A stretch of 64,000 bases of DNA. Source: Octopus vulgaris. Taxonomy: Eukaryota. Position 1 is the stretch's first letter. The number at the start of each line of letters is the position of its first letter. Where the stretch lies: NCBI GenBank assembly GCA_951406725.2, contig OX597843.1:310001-374000 (forward strand), written 5' to 3'. A program made the position numbers and the translations under genes. This document shows, piece by piece, positions 1 through 11,703 of the stretch. The notes beneath the pieces were generated by a model, which ran no database searches, was not told where the DNA came from, and saw only the letters and a list, made by a program, of their open reading frames with translations.

Positions 1-329
1 ATATGTACATACATAGAAATCCATATACGTGCACATACACACACACTACCACTGTTGCATGTGACCAACACTGACCTGCTCACTAACACCACCGCCACCA
101 TCAAGAGCCGTTGTCCTGTAAAGTGGAATATAACTGGCCATTAAGTGGTGTTACATTGTTACATCAGTGAAGTGATGACCAGTAGAGCAGCCAATGTGGT
201 CATCTGGTCTAATGTATGGAAACACGGTGGCATCACTTCTTCTCGGTGGTTTGATGGTGCTAGTGGATGTGTATAGGGGTGTGGGTGTAAATATGGCGAT
301 ATATATATATTTGTCTGTATGTGTCAAAA

Positions 330-525
330 TGTGACCGCGTGTGTACCGTTGGTGATTTTTTTTCCTCTGTCTTTCCTTCTCTGGATCTTTCCATTTCCTA
401 TGTTTCCGACGAAGAGCTCTGCTCGACGCGTTAAACCCTCCTTCTTTCCTGAGCGTCCAATAATACTATATTTGTTCCACGTCCTCGCGTTGTTGTGTTT
501 TTTTGTGCTTTCTTGTTTGAATTAA

Positions 526-530
<5 letters not shown>
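330..530 (+). mobile_element. Penelope-like terminal repeat family X (degenerate hammerhead), ending in (TA)n
   Basis: Homologous to 40520-40710 (-) and 62480-62690 (+); gtttCCGACGAaGAGCtctGCTCgacgcgttaaac. Confidence 0.55.
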
Positions 531-574
<44 letters not shown>

Positions 575-602
575 TTGGATTTATTCCCTAATATTTATTA
601 TT

Positions 603-637
<35 letters not shown>

Positions 638-657
638 GTGTGTGTGTGTGTGTGTGT

Positions 658-950
658 GGAGGCACATAGCCTAGTGGTTAGAGTAGCAGACTTGCGGTTG
701 AGGGATCGCGAGTTCGTTTCTCAGACCGGGTGATGTGTGTGTTTATGAGTGAAACACCTAAGCTCCACGCAGCTCCGGCAGAAGGTAATGGCGAAACTTC
801 TGCTGACTCTTTCGCCACAACTTTCTCTCACTCTTTCCTCCTGCATCTTGCAGCTCACCTGCGATGTACCGGCGTCCCGTACAGGTGGGGAACCTATACG
901 CCAAAGAAACCGGCCCTAATGAGCCAGGCATGGCTCGAGAAGGAACAAAC
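658..950 (+). mobile_element. tRNA-derived SINE, family B (related copies 3504-3875, 15168-15455, 28020-28260, 38937-39320(-), 41549-41605)
   Basis: tRNA-like head with A box (tagcctagtgg / tggcccagtgg) and B box (gagttcgtttc / ggtttcgattcc) plus shared body 'aaacacctaa(a)gctccacg'. Confidence 0.75.
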
Positions 951-1140
951 ATATATATATATATATATATATAGACTAGTTTATCAAATCTTTGTATATC
1001 TAAGGTCAAAAGAACAAGGAGTAGCGCCTGCTAGGAAGGGGGCTTAGGGAGTCGACAGAAATCAGAGTGGGTATAGTCATAAAAAACTATACCCATAGAA
1101 ATTTTTTTCTTTTGCCCTTATTTAGAATTGTATATATATA

Positions 1141-2120
1141 TCATCATCATCATCACCATTTAACGTCCGTTTTCCATGCTAGCACAGGTTGGACGGTTCG
1201 ACCGGGGTCTGGGAAGCCAGGAGGCTGCACCAGGCTCCAGTCTGATCTGGCAGAGTTTCTACAGCTGGATGCCCTTCCTAACGCCAACCACTCCGCGAGT
1301 GTAGTGGATGCTTTTTACGTGCCACCTGCCAGGGGAGTCTGGCATCGGCCACGATCGGTTGGTGCTTTTAACGTGCCACCGGCACGGAAGCTGGGATCGG
1401 CCATGTGCGGATGGTGCTCTTTATGTGCCACCGGCACAGAAGTCAGTCAAGGTGGCGCTGGCATCGGCCACGTTCGGATGGTGCTTTTTATGTGCCACTG
1501 GCACAGAAGCCAGTCGAGGCGGCGCTGGTATCGGCCACGTTCGGATGGTGCTTTTTATGTGCCTACGGCACACGTATCACAACTACTATTTCCATTGATA
1601 TTTATTTCGACGTTCATGTTCATGTACTTGACTCAACAGGTCTCCTCAAGCACAGTGGGATGTTCTGGAATCCAAGGTACTTTGAATGGGCAGGGGGCTA
1701 TGCGGAACTGGTGCAGGAAGCAGCCCGGGTCTTTGCAGTCACAGCATATCTCCAGAGATCTCGGTCCTTTCCCATTGCCTCAGTGAGGCCCAACACTCTG
1801 AGGTCATGCTTGACTACCTCATCCCATGTCTTCCTGGGTCTACCTCTCCCCCTGATACCTTCAACTGTTTGGGAGTGGCACTTCTTCACACATCTCTCCT
1901 CATCCATCCGCAGTACATGACCATACCATCGCAAGCATCGCTCTTGCACACCACATCTGATGCTTCTTATGTCCAGCAGTTCTCTCAGGGTGCTTACCCA
2001 TTGTCGTGCGTGCACACTGACATTACACATCCAGCGGATCATGCTAGCTTCATTCCTTTCAAGTCTATGCATGTCCTCTGCAGTCACAGCCCATGTTTCA
2101 CTACCGTGAAGCATGGCAGT
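1141..2120 (-). mobile_element. RTE-clade LINE, 5'-truncated 3' end with (GAT)n tail
   Basis: ORF 1698-2132 LHGSETW...LRWYGHVLRM...RGRGRPRKTW is the typical RTE ORF C-terminus; the 3' UTR carries tandem GGTGCTTTTTATGTGCCAC units. 3'-UTR copies also at about 13700-14190, 26737-26880, 29430-29815, 31630-31865, 41600-41780, 43835-44050 and 49770-50125. Confidence 0.9.
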
Positions 2121-2124
2121 TCGC

Positions 2125-2725
2125 TGGAGCACCTTTGAACATAGGTGTACTGGATCAGGATTGACCTTGGGCTATAAAAGACAGGATGGTCACAACTGGA
2201 GCACCTTTGAACATAGGTGTACTGGATCAGGACTGACAGGGTGGTCACAACTGGAGCACCTTTGAACATAGGTGTACTGGATCAGGATTGTCCTTGGGCT
2301 ATAAAAGACAGGATGGTCACAACTGGAGCACCTTTGAACATAGGTGTACTGGATCAGGATTGACCTTGGGCTATACAACCAAAATGGACACATTGCATAA
2401 TGTAGTCCTAGATACACAATGCCTGAATAAAAGACAGGATGGTCACAACTAGAAGACCTTTGAACATAGGTGTACTAGATCAGGACTGACCTTGGGCTAT
2501 AAAAGACAGGATGGTCACAACTGGAAGACCTTTGAACATAAGTGTACAGGATGTACATTACATAATGTAGTCCAAGATACACAAGGCCAGAATAAAAGAC
2601 AGGATGGTCACAACTGGAAGACCTTTGAACATAAGTGTACTGGATCAGGACTGACAGGATGGTCACAACTGGAGCACCTTTGATCATAGGTGTACTAGAT
2701 CAGGACTGACCTTGGGCTATACAAC
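2125..2725. repeat. Tandem array of about 50-110 bp units (gacaggatggtcacaactggagcacctttgaacataggtgtactggatcagga)
   Basis: About 8 units visible; diverged relatives at 29850-30060, 37120-37580 and 41060-41180. Confidence 0.85.
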
Positions 2726-3030
2726 AACAGTCAGAGGTTTTCGTTTAAATCTGTATATTTTCTTATTTTCTCTGCCAGAGTGTGTGTATATGTGTCCGGA
2801 TGTTGTTTAAGTGGTGAGGGTCAAGTGGAGCGTCTGTGTCCCACAAACACACTTTCGTAACACTTCATGCTAACACCACCAACTTCAAGGCCTCCTCCGA
2901 GCTCTCACCACCAACAGCCTTATAAAAGTTTGTCGCTACGAAAGTCTCCCACATAGCTTTTTGCTATTGGCTGTTTGCAAATGCAGGGAGAATCTTAAAC
3001 GTGGTTTATAAGTCACAAATGGACTTTTGT

Positions 3031-3456
3031 GGCGATCTTTCGTCTCTAGTAGACCTTTCCGTCGATTTCCGTAAAAAAATTTTTTTTTTTTTTTACATAT
3101 GGGCTTGCGGGAACTTTTGAAGTAATATACATACATATACACATACACCGAGTAAAAATTTCAGTTATCTCTCTCTTTCACACATTACTCTGTCTCTTCA
3201 CACACACTAACAGAAGCACTTCACTTACACAACATACTGTCTGTCTCCCACACCCCATCACACACACACACACACATATACATCAATGCTCCCATGCACG
3301 GTAACTTCAAAAGAACTTCCCTCGTCATACAATCGCTTTCTCTTAGTCTCTTTCGCTCTCATTACTTCAAAAGTTCCCGCAAGCCCATATGTAAAAAAAA
3401 AAAAAATTTTTTTTACGGAAATCGACGGAAAGGTCTACTAGAGACGAAAGATTGCC
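3031..3456. mobile_element. MITE with about 96-bp TIRs and 8-bp TSD (Merlin-like)
   Basis: Arms 3031-3126 and 3361-3456 are reverse complements; ACTTTTGT is duplicated at 3023-3030 and 3457-3464; termini GGCGA/GGCAA. Confidence 0.8.
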
Positions 3457-3910
3457 ACTTTTGTTTTTGCAATGCTTATAAATATACACTGTATGTGTGT
3501 ATGTGGAGGCGCAATGGCCCAGTGGTTAGGGCAGCGGACTCGCGGTTTCGATTCCCAGACCGGGCGTTGTGAGTATTTATTGTGCGAAAACACCTAAAGC
3601 TCCACGAGGCTCCGGCAGGGGATGGTGGTGATCCCTGCTGTACTCTTTCACCACAACTTTCTCTCACTCTTACTTCCTGTTTCTGTTGTACCTGTATTTC
3701 AAAGGGCCAGCCTTGTCACTCTCTGTGTCACGCTGAATACCCCCGAGAACTATGTTAAGGGTGCACGTGTCTGTGGAGTGCTCAGCCACTTACACGTTAA
3801 TTTCACGAGCAGGCTGTTCCTTTGATCGGATCAACCGGAACCTTCATCGTCATTACCGACGGAGTGCTTCCATCCATGTGTGTATGTATATTTATATTAT
3901 ACTATATTAA

Positions 3911-4779
3911 GATCTTTTTGGTTTGAACGGCAGTTTTTTAACATAATTTCTAGGTAACTGAAAAATTTTTTAACTTCGTATACTGGTAGAATGTGTTTAT
4001 AAAACATCTTTTTCTCTTGACTTTACTGAGAAAATTCTATGGTTTGTAAGATATTTGTTGTTTTTTTTTCTTCAGTTTCAGCAATTTCAAACAATCAATG
4101 ACGCCCATTGAGGTAAAAAACATTCTGTGCTGCATGAATATGCCCCTCGTTTAAGAAACAGATTGGGTTTATTTACATTTGTGATGAAAAAAAGATACCC
4201 TTACCCCCACCCCTAACCCTAAAACAGATTGAAATGCAGTAGATCGATACTAGGGCAACTATTATTCTATATTAAGATCTTTTCGGTTTGAACGGCAGTT
4301 TTTTAACATAATTTCTATGTAACTGAAAAATTTTAAACTTCGTATACTGGTAAAATGTGTTTATAAAACATCTTGGATCTTTTCGGTTTGATCGGCAGCT
4401 TTTTCTAGCGATGTTATATGAAATTGTCACTCATAATTACGACCCTAGTATCGATCTATTGCATTTCAATCTGTTTTAGGGTTAGGGTTAGTTAGGGGTG
4501 GGGGGAAGGGTATCTTTTTTCTTCACAAATGTAAATAAACCCAATCTGTTTCTTAAACGAGGGACATATTCATTATACACAGAATGTCATTTACCTAAAT
4601 GGACGTAATGGTTAAAATGCTCGAAATTAAAGACGAAATATCTTACAAACTATAGAATTTTGTCAATAAAGCCGAGAAAAAAATGATGTTTTATAAACAC
4701 ATTCTACCAGTATACGAAGTTTAAGTGTTTAGTTAACTAGAAATTGTGTTGAAAAGTGCCGTTCAAAAGGAAAAGATCC
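3911..4779. mobile_element. Cluster of an about 400-bp MITE (TIR GGATCTTTTCGGTTTGAACGGCAG): two partial copies and one full inverted copy (4375-4779)
   Basis: Repeated TIRs and internal sequence; full copy also at 6669-7069. Confidence 0.8.
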
Positions 4780-4807
4780 CGTTTTTTTTTTTAATATCCT
4801 GTAGCAT

Positions 4808-5799
4808 ATACATATTTACGTGGGTATGTATGTATATATTTATATTATATATGTGTGGTTTTTAGGAGAGTCTGGATGCAAAAGCATTCTGCTTTGAATA
4901 GAAGCGAAAGCAAAACTGGGTTGAAGAAAAAAAACCCATTTTGAGAGAAAAAGTTAAAGGATGTTGTGGGGATAATGGTAGAATATCTATGTCTAGTTCC
5001 ACGGACAGCCTTCAATTTTTTTCTTTTTTTTTTTTTTTTTTAAACTTAAATATGTTATTTTCACACAAGTTTTCAGTGGCGGCAAGCTGGCCCGGTCGTT
5101 TAGCACGCCGGACGGAATGCTTAGGTGTATTTCGTCCACCGTGGCGTTCTGGGGAGGTTCGCTTCCCCGGGACGTCTTTGCGGTTGGAGTACCTCTGAGC
5201 ATTTTCGTTTGGCGCGCTAATTGTTTTATTATTACCCACAAGGGGCGAACATAGAGGGGACAATACAACCTGATGTGAGGTCAAAGAAGCCCGTCGTATA
5301 TGTATATCTGTATTTTTTTTTTGTCCCCCCAAAAGTTCGTTTCTCGTTGTGTTCAACGTTTTTTTGATGTCTCGTACCCATATATGCATGTATATGTACA
5401 TATTTACGTAGGTATGTATAAATTTATATTATATATGTGTGGTTTTTAGGAGAGTCTGGATGCAAAAGCATTCTGCTTTGAATAGAAGCGAAAGCAAAAC
5501 TGGGTTGAAGAAAAAAAAACCATTTTGAGATAAAAAGTTAAAGGATGTTATGGGGATAATGGTAGAATATCTATGTCTAGTTCCACGTACAGCCTTCAAT
5601 TTTTCTTCTTTTTTTTTAAACTTAAATATCTCTTAATTACACAATTTTTCAGTGGCGGCAAGCTGGCCCGGTCGTTTAGCGCGTCGGACGGAATTGCTTA
5701 GTTGTATTTCGTCCGCCGTGACGTCCTGGGGAGGTTCGCTTCCCCGGGACGTCTTTGCGGTCGGAGTACCTCTGAGCATTTTCGTTTGGCGCGCTAATT
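4808..5799. repeat. Local direct duplication of about 410 bp (4808-5222 and 5396-5799)
   Basis: Near-identical blocks from 'catatttacgt' to 'gtttggcgcgctaatt', including a SINE-like head. Confidence 0.85.
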
Positions 5800-6049
5800 G
5801 GCAGGCTCGCCGCCTTTTCGATCCCCTTTTGCATTTGACCCAATTTAGCTGACCCCGTTTATCGACCCCCCAATGGATAATGACTAAGAGGAAGTGACGT
5901 CAGGGACATTGCCGAAAACTGAAACAAACATTTATTGGAAGGAAATCTGTTGCTCGCAGTACATGTAATGGAACTTTACCTTTAATTATGTTTTTAAGTA
6001 GAATTCTGTCTTTTATTGATGGCAGAGCCTGCGAATTTAACAAATAGCG

Positions 6050-7810
6050 AACAAAGGAAATATAGTACGATTTGAATCTTCGCTTTTAAAGAATTTAATA
6101 TGAAATGACATTACACATCAAGAAATGGAATCCTTCAAGAAACAGGTCGGCCGTCTAAATACGCTTTTTACCAAGAATTTAAATAAGACTCAAAAAGATT
6201 GTACATGTTACGAGTGACAAAACATTCAAAAAATTATTCCGGCTTGTAAAAGTCTTTTATTAATGGCTGGAATTTTGTGTCCGGTAAAGTTTGGTATGTT
6301 TGTCAAGATTAGTTTGTCTCGCAGGACCAAAACAAGACGGGTTGAAGAAATTGCAGCAGATATACGCTCACAGAAAAAAAAAAATTTTAAATAAGACGTT
6401 TTGTATTTTTCACTGGTTAAGCTCTGACATGTTCGATTCGATTCAACTGGCAATTTTCAAATATGGTATTGAGTCATTTAATATCATCGAAGAATTTACT
6501 GTTCAGTCAACGAAAGACAGTTATGGGATATAAAATTTATGGAGAAGTGAAGAAAACAGCCTCGAAGTTGAGTCTCCCACTTGAAAAACTCGTCAGTGAA
6601 GCAACAAACGGAGCCCCAGCAATGGTTGGGTCAAAGATAAGCTTTCGTGCCAAATTAAAGGAAGAATTGGATGTTTTCGGTTTGAACGGCAGTTTTTTAA
6701 CATAATTTCTAGGTAACTAAAAAATTTTAAACTTCGTATACTGGTAGAATGTGTTTATAAAACATCTTTTTCTCTTGGCTTTATTGAGAAAATTCTATAG
6801 TTTCTAAGATATTTGTTGTTTTTCTTCGATTTCAACTAATCAATGAACGTCCCTTGAGTTAAAAAGCATTCTGTGCCGAATGAATATGTCCCTCGTTTAA
6901 GAAACAGTTTGGGTTTATTTACATTTGTGAAGAAAAAAAGATACCCTTCCCCCTAACTCTAACCCTAAAACAGATTGAAATGCAATAGATCGATACTTGG
7001 GTCATAATTATGGGTGACAATTTCATATGACACCGCTAGAAAAAACTGCCGATGAAACCGAAAAGATACAAATTTGTTCCCGAATTGAAAGATCACTGAC
7101 TTTGTGACCTTGCATTATTCCACGTGGCTATCTCTACACAATTAAGATTGTAAAAAAACAAAATCAGTTAATCCATGAGATGTATTCTCGCATGAAAGGT
7201 TTTCAAGCAGAATTTCAAATTTGGGATAATCAACTCGGGACTGGTGATGGCTTTCCATTTCCCCTCACTAGCCATTCACGGGTCAACGTCTAGATATGAT
7301 GATTTTGTTGTAGAGTTTAAATGAGCTGAGAAAAGAACTGAACTCCAGGTTTAATGGCTTTTGAGCTAGGAAAGCTGATTTTAATCTTCACAGACATCCC
7401 CTTAAGGCTAATTTTGCAAACGGATTAGGTCGATTATATCGACCCCGAAAGGATGAAAGGCAAAGTCGACCTCAGCGGAATTTGAACTCAGAACGATTTT
7501 AATCTTCACAGATATCCCCTTAAGGCTAATTTTGCAAATGGAACTCCAGGGTGATGAATTTCTTCGGCAAAAATTTAAAGAATCTTTGATGCATTTTTAT
7601 GGAACTCTGCCCGAAGAAACCCAAAGTAATGTACTTTGCGAGAAAATATTCCACCATGTTTGGTAGAACGCATAAATGCGAATGACTCTTTTTCTTGAGT
7701 GAAAATAATGGTCGAGATTAACTGATATTCATTTGGAAAACATTTTACGAGTTGCAACATTGGAAATTCTGAGAAACTTATAGAAGATGGACGACACCAG
7801 GTTTCTTATT
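6050..7810 (+). pseudogene. Degenerate hAT transposase remnant (Buster/Charlie/SPIN, GTF2IRD2-like) interrupted by a MITE and a SINE piece
   Basis: GYKIYGEVKKTASKLSLPLEKLVSEATNGAPAMVG resembles the hAT 'TDGAPAMVG' motif; multiple frameshifts and stops. Confidence 0.7.
6669..7069. mobile_element. Full-length MITE nested in the hAT remnant
   Basis: ggatgttttcggtttgaacggcagtttttt...aaaaaactgccgatgaaaccgaaaagatac inverted termini. Confidence 0.8.
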
Positions 7811-7899
7811 GAAATTCGTGAGTAAATTATTTGTTTTTATATCAATAACAAAAAAAAACGGATGATAAATACGATGTTTTTTTTACTATATTTTGTTAA

Positions 7900-8240
7900 T
7901 GCGGCGAGCTTGGCAGAAACGTTAGCATGCCGTTACATTCTGAGTTCAAATTCCGCCGAGGTCGACTTTGCTTTTCATTCTTTCGGGGTCGATAAATTAA
8001 GTACCAGTTACGCACTGGGGTCGATATAATCGACTTAATCCATCTGTCTGTCCTTGTTTGTCCCCTCTATGTTTAGCCCCTTGTGGGTAGTAAAGAAATA
8101 GGTATTTCGTCTGTCTTTACGTTTTGCTTTTCTTCCTTTCGGTGTCGATTAAATAAGTACCAGTTACGCACTGGGGTCGATATAATCGACTTAATCCGTC
8201 TGTGTTTAGCCGCTTGTGGGTATTAAAGAAATAGGTATTA
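7900..8240 (+). mobile_element. tRNA-derived SINE family C, dimeric copy
   Basis: ggcgagc(t)tggcagaaacgttagc head, B box gagttcaaattcc, tail gtaaagaaataggt joined to an internal atttcgtctg. Confidence 0.8.
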
Positions 8241-8241
8241 C

Positions 8242-8409
8242 GTCCCGGTGCGCGTACTCGCGCTAGCTAGTCGATCCTACAACTACCTAGCAAAGTAAAT
8301 AGAACACAAAATAAATATTTTTTTTTTTACACAAAGTAAATAAAACAGAAAAACTCAAAGTAATGATCGACTAGTCACGACTAGCTAGCGCGGATGTGCG
8401 AACCGGGAC
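8242..8409. mobile_element. Small GC-rich TIR element (MITE-like)
   Basis: gtcccggtgcgcgtactcgcgctagctagtcg ... cgactagctagcgcggatgtgcgaaccgggac imperfect inverted ends. Confidence 0.55.
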
Positions 8410-8501
8410 CACTCTTCTTAAGTAGTACCAACGTTTATAGTAATGCTTTTCTCCTGGTAAAGATTTCCGACGCTAATTTACATGTCCAAATATAATCTAT
8501 C

Positions 8502-9460
8502 GCAGGCGTGGCTGTGTGGTAGGTAGCTTGCTTACCAACCACATGGTTCCGGGTTCAGTCCCACTGCATGGCACCTTGAGCAAGTATCTTCTGCTATAGC
8601 CTCGGGCCGACCAAAGCCTTCTGAGTGGATTTGGTAGACAGAAACTGAAAGAAGCCTGTCGTGTAGGAGTGGCTGTGTGGTAAGTAGCTTGTTTACCAGC
8701 CACATGGTTCCGGGTTCAGTCCCACTGCGTGGCACCTTGGGTGAGTGCCTTCTACTATAGTCTCGGGCCGACCAAAGCTTCGTAACTGGATTTGGTAGAC
8801 GGAAGCTATATACTTTATTGAAAAGCAGATATTACTCTTTTACTCGTTTCAGTTATGTTTGTTTGTCTCCCCCCCCCCCAACATCGCTTGACAACCGATG
8901 CTGGCGTGTTTACGTCCCCGTAAACTAGCGGTTCGGCAAAAAGAGACCGATAGAATAAGTACTAGGCTTACAAAAGAATAAGTCCCGGGGTCGATTTGCT
9001 CGACTAGAGGCGGTGCTCCAGCATGGCCGCAGTCAAATGACTGAAACAAAAGAATATAGGCGCAGGAGTGGCTGTGTGGTAAGTAGCTTGCTTACCAACC
9101 ACATGGTTCCGGGTTCAGTCCCACTGCATGGCACCTTGGGCAAGTGTCTCCTACTATAGCCTCGGGCCGACCAAAGCCTTGTGAGTGGATTTGGTAGACG
9201 GAAACTGAAAGAAGCCCGTCGTATATATGTATATATATATATATATGTGTGTGTTTGTCCCCCCAACATCGCTTGACAATCGATGCTGGTGTGTTTACCT
9301 CCCCGTTACTTAGCGGTTCGGCAAAGGAGGCCGATAGAATAAGTACTAGGCTCACAAAAGAATAAGTCCCGGGGTCGATTTGCTCGATTAAAGGCGGTGC
9401 TCCAGCCTGGCCGTAGTCAAATGACTGAAGCAAGTAAAAGAAGTAAAGGAGAGTAAGAGT
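8502..9460 (+). mobile_element. Cluster of tRNA-derived SINE family A (full copy 9059-9460)
   Basis: ggcgcaggagtggctgtgtggtaag...gggttcagtcc B box...cttgggcaagt...(TA/TG)n...gactgaaacaagtaaaagag. Further copies at about 11790-12258(-), 22000-22345(-), 22970-23720(-), 26341-26640, 30150-30500(-), 31175-31563(-), 32768-33310, 38098-38500, 40140-40495(-), 44395-44800, 47810-48053, 48972-49351(-), 50383-50630 and 61630-61830. Confidence 0.85.
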
Positions 9461-9672
9461 ATAGAAAATATAGAGAGACAGATAGTCAGACAACTCACTG
9501 TAGCACCCAGACTATGTTCTAAGTTGTCTGGTGAAAATTGAGGTCCGAGTGAAAATTAGTAATAACATGAGTGCGTGTGTGGCTGTGCTTAAATGGCTCT
9601 AATAACTCTTTCATGGTGGAAATATAAATATAAATATTTTTTTTTCCTTTCTTTCCTGTTTCATTCCCACAG

Positions 9673-9828
9673 GAACTTGAAATGTTTTCTAATTATAAAA
9701 CTGACTCATCTGCAAAGTACACAGAAAACAGTTTCAAAGTAGAAGAAACGCACAAGGAAACAACTTATAATCAAATGAATCTCTATGTTGTGGCTATTGC
9801 TGCTGCTGCTATTCTTTTGGTACTGGTG
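9673..9828 (+). CDS. Candidate exon of an unknown gene encoding a hydrophobic (transmembrane-like) segment
   Basis: Long polypyrimidine tract then cccacag|GAA; open frame ELEMFSNYKTDSSAKYTENSFKVEETHKETTYNQMNLYVVAIAAAAILLVLV; likely donor gtgtgt at 9829 (unspliced read-through stops shortly after). Confidence 0.5.
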
Positions 9829-9862
9829 GTGTGTCTCCTACGGTCCTTATTATTATAATTAA

Positions 9863-10478
9863 AGGCGGCGAGATGGCAGAAACGTTAGCGCGCCGAGCGA
9901 AATGCTTAGTAGTATTTCGTCTGCCGTTACGTTCTGTGTTCAAATTCCGCCGAGGTCGACTTTACCTTTCATCCTTTCGGTGTCGATAAATTAAGTACCA
10001 GTTACGCACTGGAGTCGATGTAGTCTTGTTTGTCCTCTCTGTGTTTAGCCCCTTGTGGGTAGTAAAGAAATAGGTATTTCATCTGTCTTTACGATCTGAG
10101 TTCAAATTCCTCCGAGGTCGACTTTGCGTTTCATCCTTTCGGTGTCGATTAAATAAGTACCAGTTACGCACTGCGGTCGATGTAATCGACTTAATCCCTT
10201 TGTCCCTTCTGTGTAGTAAAGAAATAGGTATTTCGTCTGTCTTTATGTTCTGAGTTCAAATTCCGCCGAGGTCGACAAATTAAGTACCAGTTACGCACTG
10301 GGGTCGATGTAATCGACTTAATCCCTTTGTCTGTCCCTTCTGTGTGTAGTAAATAAATAGGTATTTCATTTGTCGCTATATTCTGAGTTCAAATTCCGCC
10401 GAGGTTGACTTTGCCTTTCATCCTTTCGGAATCGATAAATTAAGTACCAGTCACGCACTGGAGTCGATATAATCAACT
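9863..10478 (+). mobile_element. SINE family C concatemer (4 units)
   Basis: One head followed by repeated bodies joined at aaataggt|atttc. Confidence 0.8.
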
Positions 10479-11163
10479 CAGAGATTGTTACCTGCTTAAA
10501 CCAAATTAATGTGAATGCATAGGCTCTCTCTCTATATATATATATATTTAAAATTTATAAAAGTTGTTTTGCTAAATTTTTCTTGAGAACATTTTTTAGT
10601 GGTAAGACCATAGCGGATCTATTTCTAGCAGGTGTCCACATAGCAATAAGGGTGTCCACATAGTGGTTTCCCTTTAATATGTACCGGGCTGCGTGTTGTG
10701 TTCTTGAGCAAGACACTTCATTTCACGTTGCTCCAGTTCACTCAGCTGTAGAAATGAGTTGCGACGTCACAGGTGCCAAGCTGTATCGACCTTTGTCTTT
10801 CCCTTGGATAACATCAGTGGCGTGGAGAGGGGAGGCTGGTATGCATGGGCGACTGCTGGTCTTCCATAAACAACCTTGCCCAGACTTGTGCCTTAGAGGG
10901 TAACTCTCTAGGTGCAAACCCATGGTCAGTGTCTGACCGAAGGGGGTCACCACCATATATAAATAAATAAAAATTCGTAGTACCATAACTTGAAGAACCG
11001 TACCAATCCTGCCAAATGCTTACATTTTGTTGTCATCTTGTCTAATGGACAGTGTAAAGCTAAGTCCAACTAAAGATTACATCCAAAGTACAAGCTTCTT
11101 CAGTATTTTCAGCCATGTACCTCCTAATTTACAATATATAAACGTTAATTTGTTCTTTTCTAG

Positions 11164-11269
11164 GATCCACTCAAATAGCTCTTCATTGAAAAAATAGATG
11201 ACCTGATAAAAATTTTAAGGGAGAGAACTCTGCAAACGAAAGCATTTTTTCCGGGGAGGTAACTCACAG
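11164..11269 (+). other. Candidate exon of the plus-strand transcript (alternative in-frame borders 11179-11258)
   Basis: ttcttttctag|GAT...CAG|gtaagc has stops in all three frames; the inner sites aaatag|CTC...AG|gtaact give open LFIEKIDDLIKILRERTLQTKAFFPG. Confidence 0.4.
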
Positions 11270-11487
11270 GTAAGCCAAATATAAAATATTTTAAAGTCTA
11301 GTTTAAAGAATATATTTTGCTTAACACTCTTTTATTGTAAACTGGCGGCTGTTTGATCAGTATATATGGTGCACTTTGTAATGTTCTCACTATATGCGAA
11401 AGATTGTGGTTATGTCTCCGTTGTTGTCCCATAGTTATGGCTGTTTTTGCAGGAATAGGTCTACCTGTAATATTTCAGTTTGTGAAA

Positions 11488-11703
11488 GGCGGCGAGCTGG
11501 CAGAAACGTTAGCACGCCGGGCGAAATACTTAGCGCCAATTTCGTCTGCAGTTACGTTCTGAGTTCAAATTCCGCCCAGGTCGACTTTGCCTTTCATCCT
11601 TTCGGGGTTGATAAATTAAGTACCAGTTGCGTACAGGAGTCGATCTGATCGACTGGCCCCGTCCCCATAAATTTTGGGCCTTGTGCCTAGAGTAGAAAAG
11701 AAT
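11488..11703 (+). mobile_element. SINE family C variant with different tail (also 16090-16800, 33879-34110, 50905-51580)
   Basis: Same head and core (gagttcaaattccgcc...gactttgcctttcatcctttcgggg). Confidence 0.75.

Noticed and set aside
3504-3560. tRNA genes at SINE heads
   Set aside because: A/B boxes are present but there is no complete cloverleaf, and each runs into a shared SINE body
9033-9493. Recurring ORFs such as 'RRASFSFRLPNPLTR' and 'EDTCPRCHAVGLNPEPCGW'
   Set aside because: Antisense translations of SINE family A; often mis-annotated as hypothetical proteins
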